Assembly: GCA_951804945.1 (NCBI GenBank)
Contig: OX638149.1
Coordinates: forward strand, 134,726,001-134,790,000
DNA length: 64,000 bases
From: Podarcis cretensis
Taxonomy: Eukaryota
Reading direction: 5' to 3'
Shown here: one piece after another, positions 51,218 to 64,000 of the stretch
Position numbering within the stretch: the stretch's first letter is position 1
How the letters are laid out: every line of letters starts with the position of its first letter
Position numbers and translations under genes: made by a program
The notes under the pieces: model-generated
Told to the model about the DNA's origin: nothing
Seen by the model: the letters and a program-made list of their open reading frames with translations, nothing else
The model's database searches: none

Positions 51218-52429
51218 GTTCCCCTCCCTTTATTTTTCCTCTGCATTTTAGCTATTTTATTTTGCATCTTTTCCAGACGGCATTTTGCAATAAAAATGTC
51301 TGACTTCCCTCTGTACACAAAAAAGTAGAGTCATCAGCATTTGCCAGTCAGTACATACAATACTCTCAAACAATACTTAGCAATCTAAATAGATTTGCAG
51401 GTTGTTAACCAGTTTTCAATGATCTTCTTCAGTTATAAAATAGCATTTTGAAATAAGATTTGTAATTTGCCGTAATTTGTTGTTTTCCTGTACAGTATGG
51501 TTTGTATGAATTAAATAAATTTTCAGTCTACTAAGACTGAATTAAATTTGTTATTGATAGGAAAACAAAAGCACAAAGGCATTTCACACAGTTAATTGGA
51601 TAGAAGTATGACGAGCATATTAAAGACAAAGAATTTAACTTAACTCACTTAATTTCTGCAGAAATTAATATTGCTAATTATCAGAATGGTAAAAGATTGA
51701 TGTGTTTTGCTTACTTTGATTGGAATAAGGAGGCACTGAACAATGGTGATAAATAAAATAAAGAATGATTAGGTTAGCGGACATTGGATAGGGTTGTTAT
51801 AGTTAGTGTACTCTATTATGCCCACATAGATTATAAAGAATTGTTGTCATTGAGTCTTTTTAAAAAGAATGAGATTTTTCATCAAGTAAGCTAAATAAAA
51901 GTAGAGAAAATCATTGGCCCTGTGTGATTTCTAAACTCTCCAGCAGGGCACAGTATGAAACAGTGCAAGGTAAATAGATCCCATGCCAGATCTAGTTAGA
52001 AATCAGAAAACCTATTCTGCATGTCCCATAAGACCTTTTGAGCATAACAATTCATGCATATGGTCTATGGTTTCTGAACTGCTCAGTCAAGCCCTGATTC
52101 TGCAGTGTTCTTAGTAAAGTCTAAGTAAAGCTTTGCCGTTAATAATTTTGCATTTTATATCACCTCTGCACCACTAGAAATGTACTACTCATACAGGGAG
52201 ATGATGTACTTTGCAGATCTTAGTTTAATATTATATTTGTAGAAAAGAGTGCATTCTAAAACCTTTAAGAACTTGTACTGCATGAATACCAGGGATATTT
52301 GATTTAAAAGAAAAAGAAACAGTAGAATCTGTCCCCATGTCACATTTATTAACTTCTACTGGTACTTTCCTCTGCCCCTCATATGTCATGTATTTCTCCC
52401 TTTCCTTTCACTTCTGATTCTGGTTAAAC

Positions 52430-53212
52430 ATGGATCATTGGGACCATAGGCCTTGATACAGAATCAGACCATTGACCCGTCCGGCCCAGTACTGCCTACA
52501 ATGACTGGCAGAGCTCTCCAGGATTCCAGCCAGGAGGCTCCTCTTGCCCAACCTGGAGATTCCAAGAATTGAACCGGGAGCCTTCTACATGCAAGGCAGA
52601 TACCGTATTTTTCGCCCTATAGGACACACTTTTCCCCCTCCAAAAATGAAGGGGAAATCTGTGTGCGTCCTATGGGGCGAATACAGGCTTTCGCTGAAGC
52701 TTGGAGAGTGAGAGGGGTCGGTGCGCACCAACCCCTCTCGCTCTCCAGGCTTCAGGAAGCTATCAGCAAGCCTGGGGAGCCCGCGGGAGTTCCCGCAGGG
52801 CTCCTTAGGCTGCGGATAACAGCCTGCCGCCCGGCACGTGGGCACCCTGAAGCAGAGTGCCCCTCGCGCCGGGCAGATATCCGCAGCCTGGGGAGCCCTG
52901 CAGGAGTTCCCGCAGGGCTCCCTAGGCTGCGGATAGCAGCCTGCTGCACGGAGCGTGTGGTGCGCTGAAGCAGAGCGCCCCGCGCTTCGGGCAGACATCG
53001 GGCAGCCCCACAAGCTCGGGGGACAGCGGGGAGGCGCAGCGCCACCATCCCGCTGTTCCCCGACCTGGTTTGGATTCCCCGACCTGGTTTTGGGGGGGAA
53101 ATAAAGGGAAAAATTTTTTCCTTTATTTCCCCTCAAAAAACTAGGTGCGTCCTATGGGCCGGTGCGTCCTGTGGGACGAAAAATACGGTACTCTGCCACT
53201 GAGCTACAGTCT
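52430..53212 (-). mobile_element. Squam3-like tRNA SINE interrupted by a MITE
   Basis: Reverse complement of GTAGCTCAGTGGCAGAG|TA|TCTGCCTTGCATGTAGAAGG..GGTTCAATT, split at the TA target. Confidence 0.72.
52603..53188 (+). mobile_element. GC-rich Tc2/pogo-type MITE with an internal tandem duplication of about 117 bp
   Basis: TA-CCGTATTTTTCG ... CGAAAAATACGG-TA; duplicated palindromic unit at about 52770 and 52886. Confidence 0.9.
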
Positions 53213-53229
53213 TTCTTTTGCCCATGAAA

Positions 53230-53813
53230 CATAGCTGTCAAGTGTCCCTTATTTGAAGGGACAGTCCCTTATTCCAGCACCATGTCCCGCTGCTGTCCCT
53301 TATTGATGGATGTCCCTTAAATGTCCCTTAAATGATGTCCCTTAAAATTCAAAGGAAGCAGCTCCTCTCCCTCCCTCCCTTGCCAGCCAGGGAGGAAGGA
53401 GGCTCCAACTGTGTTGCTTGGCTGTGTTGCTCACCCAATAAGAAGTCTAAGAACGACTGGGGGGTGGAGCTTGCATGCCTTGTGTGTGGCTAGTTAATGC
53501 AAGCTGAGGGGTTTTTTGAATGCTGGACGCCATTTTGTTGCACATGCTGCTGCAAACTTTGCAGTGCAAAGCCAGGCCGGGGAGCCATCTTAAGTTGAGG
53601 CTGCATAGGCCTTGTGGTGCATGTGATTCAGATTCTATTCAGTTGAACTTCTGGTTACAAAGTTGGTTGGACAGTGTTCTTGAAGCTACCAGCATGAGTT
53701 TGACCAGACTGCAGGAGGACAGGAAGACTGGAGTGCCTGGAACAGGTGAGGCTGCAGGTCCCTTATTTTGGCTGCTGGTCCCTTATTTTCAAATCTGTAA
53801 GTTGACAGCTATG
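53230..53813. mobile_element. hAT (Blackjack/Tip100-like) non-autonomous element
   Basis: TIR CATAGCTGTCAA; 8-bp TSD CCATGAAA; subterminal GTCCCTTA repeats. Confidence 0.88.
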
Positions 53814-54287
53814 CCATGAAATTAACTCTGGCCAATGTCACCCTTCCTATATTTCGTGGCTTCACACAGCCCATAAATAATGCTTAACAAGAGAGTGTGT
53901 GGATAATCTGATAAAAGTGCATGGCAGCTGCCTTATTTACGGCTGTTTAGCGAGAAACAATATAATGTGTAGTAATGTGGGTGTTGGGTATTTTGCTTTT
54001 GATATGTCCAAAACTAAAGCAGAAGCTCTAGATGTCAAACATTTGGATTATTTTGAAATACCACGATTCTGAAGGCAGCTACCCTTTTCCTAATGGGGCA
54101 ATCGGGGGAGGGGTTGAGATTCAGGAATTCCTACACCCCTAGTTCTAATCAAGCAGCCTTCTGAAACGATCTATTTGTTTTAATTTTTAATCTAATCTTA
54201 ATTTAGCATCTGCATGCTTCTTTTCCAAAAGCAATGATAAAAATGGCTCACAACACTAACAATGCAGTAGAAAATAACATATGTATG

Positions 54288-54412
54288 ATCTTATTTAGGT
54301 GCAACTGGCTTCAGTGTAGTCCATGGCTTTAAAATTAGTGTAGCTTCCCATTTGCTGCAGAGTGCTTCATGTTATGCCTTTGAATCCCATAAACAAAGGG
54401 AAGGGGGTCTTT
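54288..54412 (+). repeat. Copy 2 of the local dispersed duplication
   Basis: See 51065-51217. Confidence 0.9.
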
Positions 54413-55328
54413 TATATGGTTATGGTGTTATACTGATAGATTTGTCAGCTGGGGTCTCATTCACCCTGGAGGGAACACACACTCCCTTGCAAACAGCAGC
54501 ACAACCAAGCCAGGATTGCAGACTTTGCAGCTCCAAATGTCTGTTAATGGCACGCAACTGATAAAGAGAGACAACACCTTCTTTTCTAATAAAGAGGAAT
54601 CTTACTCCAGAATGGATCTGTTTCCGATTTCACCTAACATGACTCAGGAAGCCTACATGATGGACTCATAGAACCATATAATTGTAGAGTTTCACTAGGA
54701 AGAGGATAGTGCAACTCATCTATGTGAGTTTAGGACTTTTTATTTTAAGAGAAAAGGTGATTTAGAGGAGTCACTTTTTGCATGGTATGCAGAAAGCTTT
54801 ACTTTCTATCTCAACGCTAGAACTTGTGGACATAAAACTGGACGTTGGAAGTTTTACTGCAGACCAAAAGAGTACTTCACACAGCCCATAAAGAGGTGTT
54901 GATGGCCACAGACTTTGATGCCTTCAAAATAAGATTCATGGAGGAAAGGATCTATTAATGGCTGCTCCACTCTCAGTTGCTGGGAAATACAAGTGGGCAG
55001 AGTCCTGCATTCAGGCATCCCATGGGCATCTGGTGAGAACAGGAAGCTGGGCTAGATGGGCCATTAGCCTGATCCAGGCTCCTCTTATTTTCTCATGAAG
55101 CTAATAAAGGGTCTCCAAGCCACAGTCCTCTTCAAAATGCCCCAATAGAAGTGGGATGGGATAATTTTAATTATTATAAAAAGAAAGTTCAGCAAAAATT
55201 GAAGATAGTTGTAATCTCTGACAGTAGTCCCTAACTTGGATTGTGCAGTTACTTTTTATTTTAAAATTGCAAAATATTTGCTAACTTCCTCTTAGTCATT
55301 TATAAGCAAAAGTCTATTTCAACACATG

Positions 55329-55744
55329 TGTCAGGGAGAATTCAGAGGAGGAAGTGACAGAAGAGGCGGAGCAGGGGCTCGGGGATGCTATGGTGCCCTT
55401 CAGCCGCCCAGAGACAGAGGAAGCGGAAGAGCGGGCGGATGTTGCAGAGCCCTTCACCACCCAGAGGCCCCGGAAGGGAGCTCAGACTCTGGAAGGGAGG
55501 GGGCTTTCAAATCAGCACAGACAAGGAGGGAAATGAAACATAAGGGTCAAAGATGTCTCATGCAATTTTCCCGCCTCCTTTGTTGGCGGGAGAATCGAAG
55601 GAAACCACTCCCCGAATCTGACTCAACGGATTCAGATGCATAATCCTGAACTGTAGCTGTTTCTTGCACATATGTAATAAAAAATGTAAATATCAAGCCG
55701 ACTGTGCCGGGGTGTTAATGTGAAGGGGAGACACCACCTTGACA
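55329..55744 (+). mobile_element. Gypsy solo LTR
   Basis: TGTCAGG...CCTTGACA; 5-bp TSD ACATG; AATAAA at 55676. Confidence 0.9.
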
Positions 55745-56313
55745 ACATGTTGTACAGCCTTATGTGCAGTGAGCACTAATGTAGTCAAATTATCACATCA
55801 GCACTGCTCTGTTTGCACAAATGCCAAGGGTATCCTCAAAAAGAAAAGCAATGGCTATCAATATAGTGGGTGTATTGTAGGAATTTATTGATTGATTAAT
55901 GTGTTTTGAGTTTAACTTCAACTACCACATTGCCCACAGCTGACTAAGATGAAGTTGCCAGTTAATGATAACTGTAGGCAATTACGTATGTTGTATTTTA
56001 CTAGCACAAGAGATTGTGTGCAGATCTCAGTTTAACAGAAATGCTTGCATGTAGGTAGCAGAAGTAAAGTGTATTTTTGATGCACTATGCTGCTTTACAG
56101 CAATTGCTGTGCAGATATTCAGAACAGATTGGATGTGTTGTTGCATATTATTATTATTTCTGTAGGAATCCGTTTGGTGTACTGAAGTCCTAATGGAATA
56201 TGCCACGACCTTCCCCACACAAACTGACTGCCCAAATCCCCTTGAAAACAGCTCCACAGAAGGTGGTACCCGTGTTAAGCTGTGCTTCTGTCAGCAAGCT
56301 GAGAGCTGTGGGT

Positions 56314-56493
56314 NNNNNNNNNNNNNNNNNNNNNNNNNNNNNNNNNNNNNNNNNNNNNNNNNNNNNNNNNNNNNNNNNNNNNNNNNNNNNNNNNNNNNNN
56401 NNNNNNNNNNNNNNNNNNNNNNNNNNNNNNNNNNNNNNNNNNNNNNNNNNNNNNNNNNNNNNNNNNNNNNNNNNNNNNNNNNNNNNNNNNNNN
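56314..56493. other. N gap (180 nt)
   Basis: Run of N. Confidence 0.99.
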
Positions 56494-58655
56494 AACATAA
56501 TTAGGAGTGGAATGTAAAAAACAAGCGATGGCAGAGGTGCAAGAGCCATGGGGTTCAGGGCATTCAGATGCTCAGTTACCTTGATATGAACACCTTTCGG
56601 GAGGATACCCTCCTGGCTCCGGTGCTTTTTGTATGCTGCTGAATTATGAACGTGGAAAACTTGAGAGGCAAAATGTAAATGGATTTGCAATTACTACTTT
56701 TTCAAGCTGTTGAGGGGCAGAAGATAGCACTTCTGGGGTGGGCCACTATGGAGTGGGCTCTGGGGACTTGTTAAGTGCTGTTTAAAAGTACTTGGCTTTG
56801 AATTACCCTCGTGTCTTGTTAAAGGTTCTTTCCCCCTCCTGTCCCCCCATCTTTTTTTTTTCTGCGATCAGCATTTTCTACAACTAACGTCTAGGGGAGT
56901 TTTCTTTGTAATATTTGCATATCAAAATCAGGCTTGCTATCTTCTCTTTAACACAGCATATTCCAGATGACAGGGTCATCTTCATCTTTTTCTAATGTGA
57001 TCATACAATAAATCACTATTCTGAAGTGGCTATGCTTTTTTGTAACCTTTTATTTCTCCAGGGCAGCAAAATTTGCGATGGAAAAGTGTTGAGATCTTGC
57101 TGGAAGGAAACAGCACTTTGCCAGTTTCCTAGTCTGTGAAACAATTACTGTTATGTACTTTATATACAGTGAAAGGGACTGTTGCATTACACAGTGTTGA
57201 AACATTAAGGAATAGTTTAAGATGACATTTTGTACAGTGAAGTTAGCGTCATAGTTTCATTGAAAAACAGTATTGACATCTCCCCCTGAAACACTCCCCT
57301 CTGCCACCACCGCCTAAAATGTATTTGTGGCTTATATACTAGAAGCCATACTATATTGTACCTGGAAAAGGTGAGGGGTTCATAACATGAGACTGATAAA
57401 ACGGACAGAGAACTACTGGAGCTAGCCCCACAAACAATTATTATGGGGGGCCCAGGCACCTACTGATTTTGTAGAATCTGCAGGAGGTAAAAACACTGGG
57501 TTTAAAACCGCTCCATCGAGCACAATGTCATGATATGTTGGGAGAGAATAATAAAGTTAGCTATCCCTGGTCTAAAAGTTTAGGATACATTTTGAAAACA
57601 TTTTATTTCATTTACATGGAATATACAATCAAGGTTTAATTAAGATTTTAAATTATTTTCTTGTCTCAAGTTGAGCCATGGACACTTAACATGTATGTTA
57701 TAGAAATATGAAAGTGGGGGCTAGTATTGACTTCAAAAGGTAATGTACGCTTTTTGCAGTGATACTGTATGCGATTTGTCAAGACTAGCTTCTGAACTGT
57801 CAATGTCTTTCATTCCTCTCCCTCAGTAATAACCTTTAAAAACAATCATACGACTACACTATTTACCCGGCTTTTTTTCATCCATTTTTCCTTTCTTTGC
57901 AGTTAGATTTTGGAATTAAGTAGTACTGTCAGTGAAAAGCATAAGATGCATAAGAGTGAATTCCCCTACTTTGTACCTCATTGGAGTGGCTTTGCCTCAT
58001 ACCATGCATCTAATTCTGGGCTAATTCTTTCATTGGTGCCTTTTATGCCTTTATGCCTGTTGAAAATTAGGTCTGTTAATTGTGTTCTGCATGACTCCTA
58101 CATTGATGGAGCTTTTTCACATTCATCTGCATTTTATTGTCATATGTCACTTTAATTCGTCTTTAAAAAATACAAGTTTTTTAAAATAAATAAGGTCTGT
58201 ATCATCAATCAAGGCTGTTATACCATGGGGTAGATAGTTTAAAATACTCATTTTAGGCAGGCATCTGAAAACTGTTCTGTAGAATAAGCTAATATAGTTT
58301 CCCACTCTCTGTCTATGCTTTTGCATGTCCATGTGCGTTATGTATAACAAAAATATTACTTGTTTGCAGTCTTTCATATATAGGCTCCAAAGAGCTGCTT
58401 TACATGTACCCATGGGTTTGAGCATTCCCAGTGGGAATTATATACTTTCCTGTTTAACAGCCTAGCGTCTCCTATGCTATGTATAGTCTGCTTTCAGAAG
58501 TTCTCTCAAGTTCAACAGTAGTTTTGCATCTAGAACAGTGCACTGCTGTTTTAATAAATCAACACCCAAAGCCCTGTTGGGCATATGGAACTAGTCATGT
58601 AAGGTCTTTGGATCCTACCATATCAAAATCACATCCATCCTCTCTCCCACATTAA

Positions 58656-58862
<207 letters not shown>

Positions 58863-59976
58863 TAAAGCAACATGACTACAGTCCATTGCTGTTCTATGAT
58901 TTAAGTGTTGCTGGTTTTTTGTATGGAGGATCACTCTATTGTGTGACCCCAACTGCTATCTGAAGTTGTACATTCCAGGCATTGCTTCAGTGTACCTCCC
59001 AAGGTATTCTCACTGGTGTGCAGAATGCAGAACTGCTAAGGAGTTGGTAGTTAGCAACTTCTGTACCCCAGGCAACATTTCTGACCCTACAAGCAACTTT
59101 TTCAACCCCCAAGACCCATTTTGCTAGAGGAGGTGGAGTCTGTGGCAGGGAAAGAAACCTGTGCCCTCTCCACTTTTGAAATGATCAAGAGGGAACAAAA
59201 TACTTCCCCATGGCTCTGCATTGGGATCTCTCTGCATGTTAGCATGTGTGTGTCTGCCTGCATGCGAGAGTAGGTGTTGTGTGTAGTGTAAGAGTGTGGG
59301 GTGGCCACATCCACCAGTGGCAGGCAACAGTGCTGTCTCGGGACAAAAAACATGTCAGCTATCTAAGTCTTGATTTTATGATGCAATGATCGGGGGACTG
59401 ATAGAGCAAATAATCAGATAAAATTTCAGCTTGTGAGTGTTAAAGCACAGGTTACATAAGATGTGTGTTTCCCTCACATTTACCATAAGGTCAGTGGGTC
59501 TTTACTTCTATGACGTGTTTGGAACATCTGATACCTGTTTCAGTGTTTTGTGTTGGAAGCTGATATCTTAAGACTGCACCAGCCTACTTGCGTTGGCAGC
59601 AGCATGTACTTCTTTTATCCCCTGCCCAGTGTGTTGGGCTAAAGACTGTTTGAGACTGCCTAATGGTTTTCATGGAGGCCATGAAGTGTCAAGCCGGCCC
59701 AGCAACAAGGGTCCTCCAACACCATGCCAGAAACCAGCTTGGTTAGAGATGCTGGAAGGCATAAGGGTGGTTGATAGACCAGCAGCATCCCCAGTCTGCC
59801 TCTGGTCCAATACCAGGTGCAGATCTTCTAAATCCATTCCAAGATCAAGTGGTTTTCTGTTGAGGTGGCGCTTGTATGAACAATAGCACTTGCTGCCCTC
59901 AGCCCCTTGGTCTAGTCTGATGCTGAATCGAGAACCCAGATGGGCACAATTGAGTTAGGTCAGGGCCACCTAGCAT

Positions 59977-60099
59977 TAAGGTTACCAGACGTCCCCATTT
60001 CCCGGGGACAGTCCCCAGATTTACAAATCAGTGCCCATACAAAATCCCTTGAAGTTGAAAAGTGTCCCCAGATTCATTGAAAAAAATCTGGTAACCTTA
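59977..60099. mobile_element. hAT-Blackjack (MER81-like) MITE
   Basis: TAAGGTTACCAGA / TCTGGTAACCTTA TIRs; flanks ACCTAGC(A/T); internal GTCCCC motifs. Confidence 0.8.
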
Positions 60100-60109
60100 A
60101 CCTAGCTCA

Positions 60110-60400
60110 CCTATCCAAGTCGCAGTAAGGCAAGCCTTTCATCCACAGTCAAGTCATGGACAAGCATGATCTTGATACAGGCAAACCTGGTATTCAGTGA
60201 CAGCACCTTCAAACTAGACAGCTCAAATGATAAGGTAGCAGTAACTTCCAGAAGAGTGGGAGTGCTGAAACAGGACAGTGACCAAACATATGGGTCTCCA
60301 CCCCAGATAACAGTCAGCTCCTCCACTCCAACTATACCTGCTATCTTCCTACCCCCATCACATCCTAGCACCATCAAATGTCATACAATACAGCAGGAAC
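60110..60400 (-). mobile_element. Degraded LINE endonuclease N-terminus (L2-like)
   Basis: LKVLSLNTRF...K..LVHDL.VDE resembles an APE domain start. Confidence 0.5.
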
Positions 60401-61469
60401 ATTAGGACCACAGATAATAAACAACCACTTGAAGTCTGAAGCTGCCACTTGAGTCACTTTCCACAAACCAACAATATTTTGAATCCCAAACAAATGTTTT
60501 ATCTTGCTGTTTCTACTCATATAGTTCACTATGTGAGGGGGGGCGGGTGCGGGTGGATTCTTATAATTTCTAACGTCAAAACTAGTGTGCTTCAAAACAA
60601 AATACTGTGGTGGCCAGTTCATCATATGTTAAAATTTGTAAGCAGGGACTGGTTTTTCTGAGTACCAAATGCAGGCACAGAGTGTTTGGGGAATGGTGCC
60701 CACATGCAGAAATTGTAGTTTGAAAGGACATGGACATGTGGTGCAAGAATGGGAAAGGATTGGGTCCCTGCTGGTCTGGATTTTGCCTGTAAAATGTATG
60801 CTCTATATGCAAGAATTAGTATAGGGTGCATCATATGAAGCAGCTTTTTTCTTTAAAAGAATAAATGCTTAAAAGAGTCTTTTAAACAAACTTTTTAACA
60901 TAATACAGGGGTTACACCTGTGTTCCAGGGGGCAACACCTGTGACCCTCCATATATTGTTAGGATTACAACTGTCATGAGCCCCAGCCAGCATGGCCAAT
61001 GATCAGGAAGGTTGGGGGTTAAAGTCTGGCAACTTCTGAAGAGCCACAGGTTCCCTATTTCTGAGCTACGAGAACACATGAAGGGAAAAGGTGGACCCAA
61101 ATTTTGTAGGTGGAATTAGTGAAAATTGCTTCCAAGTTGCTCAGGGGTTTCTCCAGTTGGCCTATTTTCCAAAGGCACTGTAATGAATCCATCTTTATCA
61201 ATGGGGGGATAACAATTTGCTTTTTCATATGACATGGGGTGGGAATTGCAAGAAGGTAGTTTGATGACCTGTTTTGAGTAGTTTACCAAAATATAGGGAG
61301 AAATGAAAGTGAATGTAAGTTAGCAGCATCTTAAAGTTGTTGCTCATGTTTTAATCCAAGTCATTCTAAAATTTACCAGATGCAAGTCCTTGTAGTTTGG
61401 AGCAAGAACAAATTTGTCTTAGCTCCCACTATGCTTATATGACATTGAAATCTAATCTGTTTGTTCTCA

Positions 61470-61472
61470 TTA

Positions 61473-61518
<46 letters not shown>

Positions 61519-61609
61519 TTTATATCCCGCCCATCTGGCTGAATTTCCCCAGCCACTCTGGGCAGCTCCCAACACAATTAATGATGGTGGTGATGGAGAT
61601 GATTATATA

Positions 61610-61640
<31 letters not shown>

Positions 61641-61970
61641 TAATAAAGCGATCAAACATTGAAAACTTCCCTAAACAGGGCTGCCTTCAGGTGTCTTCTA
61701 AAATTCAGATAGTTGTTTATTTCCTTGACACCTGGGGGGAGGTGTTCCACAGGGCACCACCACTGAGAAGGCCCTCTGTCTGGTTCCCTGTAGCTTCACT
61801 TCTTGCAGTGAGGGAACCGCCAGAAGGCCCTTGGACCTGGACCTCAGTGTCCGGGCAGAACGATGGGGGTGGAGACGCTCCTTCAGGCATACTGGGCTGA
61901 GGCCATTAGGGCTTTGAAGGTCAGCGCCAACACTTTGAATTGTGCTCGGAAATGTACTGGGAGCAAATGT
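61470..61970 (-). mobile_element. L2 3' fragment with two (AAT)n tracts
   Basis: Matches 108-402; microsatellites at about 61476-61512 and 61610-61645. Confidence 0.78.
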
Positions 61971-64000
61971 TTTGTTAACTCTCTCTCTCTGGTTCCCCCA
62001 CCTCTCTCCCTGAACATATTTTCAATGCCTTATGTACCAGAAAGGTATAACATTGGAGCTGCACTGCAGGAAGAGTAGCTGAGCCCAGACAGGAGAGAAA
62101 AATGAAAATACAGCTCATCAATCTGATTTCCATACTTAGATAGCTTCTGTCATTACATCCACAAGTGAAACCTGTTATAACCCCAGATTTGAAGAGAGAG
62201 CCAGTCATTTTGTAAGATCCAAATTATTTTTTTAAAAATTGAAACAAACTAATTTTTCGCCTTGCATTTTAATTTCTTTACAGCTGCTCTGTGCTGGTCT
62301 GCCATGAAAACTGAATATATAGCAGATGATAAACAATAGCCCCTTCTTGTAGTTGCCAGTTATTTAACTAATATCCACAGAGCCAGTTATTATTTTAAAT
62401 TCAAGAAACAAAGACCATGTTTGTAAAATCTATTGCATCAAGAATTTTTGCATGCTAACAGAATATGTGGGGGAAGTATATTACTAATGTTAAATTATTA
62501 TTTTATTATTACTTATATAAATTAATATTTATATGCTGTTTATATGTAAAAATGACTTCGAAGCAGCTTACAACCATAAAATCAATATATTATTAAAATA
62601 CACAATAACAAACAGCTACTTTATGGACTAGAAGTATGCAGATTGGTGGAAATTCATATTTCAGAGGCAGTCCAAAAGATATTTCATAATATCTTACATT
62701 TACTTTTTAATACCCCAGCTTCACACATTAGAGTTGAGACAGGGCAATTTTCATTAGTTGCCACAGCAGAAATTCACACAGTTCATACCAGCTACTGATA
62801 GGCTTGTATGAATGACAGAGTTCCCAAATTGTATCTACAAGAACAAGTCTCATAGTTCAAAATTCTGCAAAGGATAATTGGCATGCCAACATAAAAATCA
62901 ATATAATTTTTCAGAGGCCTCTGTGGCACAATTGAGCTAGTCAACTCAGCTAAATTGCAGATAGGAATAGGATTTGAATGTTAAATGTTCAAATGCACAG
63001 TAGCGATACAATTGGTTCCATTATTGCAAAAGGGCCTGCTTCCTGGAAATGCTTCACCAGGCCCTTGTAAGCGCAAAGGAGCCTTCAGTCCAGCATGCTT
63101 TCAGACAATGTAATCCATGGAATAGTATGGTCAGCTGCTATATGGAAGAACACTAAATCTTTGTGGGTCAAATGAGGAAGAAGCATTGGATTGCTGTTTA
63201 CCTTGTGTCTACTATCATTCTCAGACAAGAATGCTTTTTTAAATAAAAATTGACATTACTGTAGTATCAACCAAGCTGGAACATTTTATTCATGGAAAAA
63301 TTTAAGATCCAAGTTACAATGTGTCGATTTTGAACATTGATATGTTGAGTCTAAAAAAATGAATCAACAACCTGCTTGATAGCTACTGATGAATCCATGA
63401 TCATTGAGCATGAATATGAAAAAGAACTATTTTTTTCAAATAATCATTTCTTCTTTAATTTTAAATTAGCTTATCCTTGTTTCAGCTGTAACCCATCATG
63501 TAGATCAGACCTTGAGGCAGCACTGTGTTACTGTGCCGCCTTTTGATAGAAAAGGGAATTGCATCCCTGTGGGTTCTGCTGGATCTTAATGGTACACATA
63601 TCACCAGTCATGTTATCTGTCTGGATCTCCTAAATGGGCAGGAGTTGAATGGAATGCCAGATAGTGCCAGGAGACTCATGCTTGATGCTGTGGCCTTTGT
63701 CTTATGATATCCCACAGTGTTGCATTTTATCTTCCATGCTTTACATCTATATGCAACCACATGGATGGGTTGTCTAGAAATTTGGAGTTTGGTATCATCA
63801 TTAAACTGCTGCTACTCAACTCTCCTTCCCATCACAGCTTGGGGAGGTCATAGAGATTATGTATTAACGTTTGACAGAAGGAAAGAAGGGCCACACTCCA
63901 AGGCAGTTGACTCACCAGCCATTATCCACCTCCCATTCAATCAACACTCATTGTTCACTCCCCATTCCCAGGGGGCTAACTGAATTTGAGCCACACCTCC

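Noticed and set aside
52585-53136. 183-aa ORF with a repeated Cys-rich motif
   Set aside because: Stop-poor GC-rich MITE interior with a tandem duplication; no transposase or known domain.
61397-61900. 167-aa ORF with poly-Ile and poly-Asn
   Set aside because: Translation of (AAT)n microsatellites and antisense L2 sequence.

Overview
Vertebrate (squamate, most likely lacertid lizard) genomic DNA lying inside the AGAP1 (centaurin-gamma2) gene on the + strand. Only two coding exons are present: 49542-49646 (105 bp) and 58686-58854 (169 bp), both AG/GT flanked and encoding the N-terminal part of the split PH domain. The rest is intron with three N gaps. It is dense in transposon debris: Sauria, Squam-like and CORE SINEs; CR1 and L2 LINE fragments; many TA-target Tc1/mariner-pogo MITEs; 8-bp-TSD hAT MITEs; a 4-bp-TSD GGG-ended element (Sola2-like); a Penelope-like hairpin remnant; and Ty3/Gypsy chromovirus remains (one 3' end with its LTR, plus two solo LTRs). 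TE-free AT-rich blocks between these look like conserved non-coding elements of the AGAP1-GBX2 regulatory block. Highlights: (1) a likely lizard orthologue of the human-accelerated enhancer HACNS1/HAR2 at about 37.75-38.0 kb; (2) a block at 18.8 kb matching the recalled human short-isoform terminal exon but lacking its splice-acceptor AG; (3) three diverged Gypsy LTRs sharing a protein-coding architecture, apparently a pol tail read through into U3; (4) unusual substitutions in the AGAP1 PH beta1-beta2 loop. Comparisons to human sequences and TE families are from recall, not database searches. Almost all ORFs in the supplied track are spurious.
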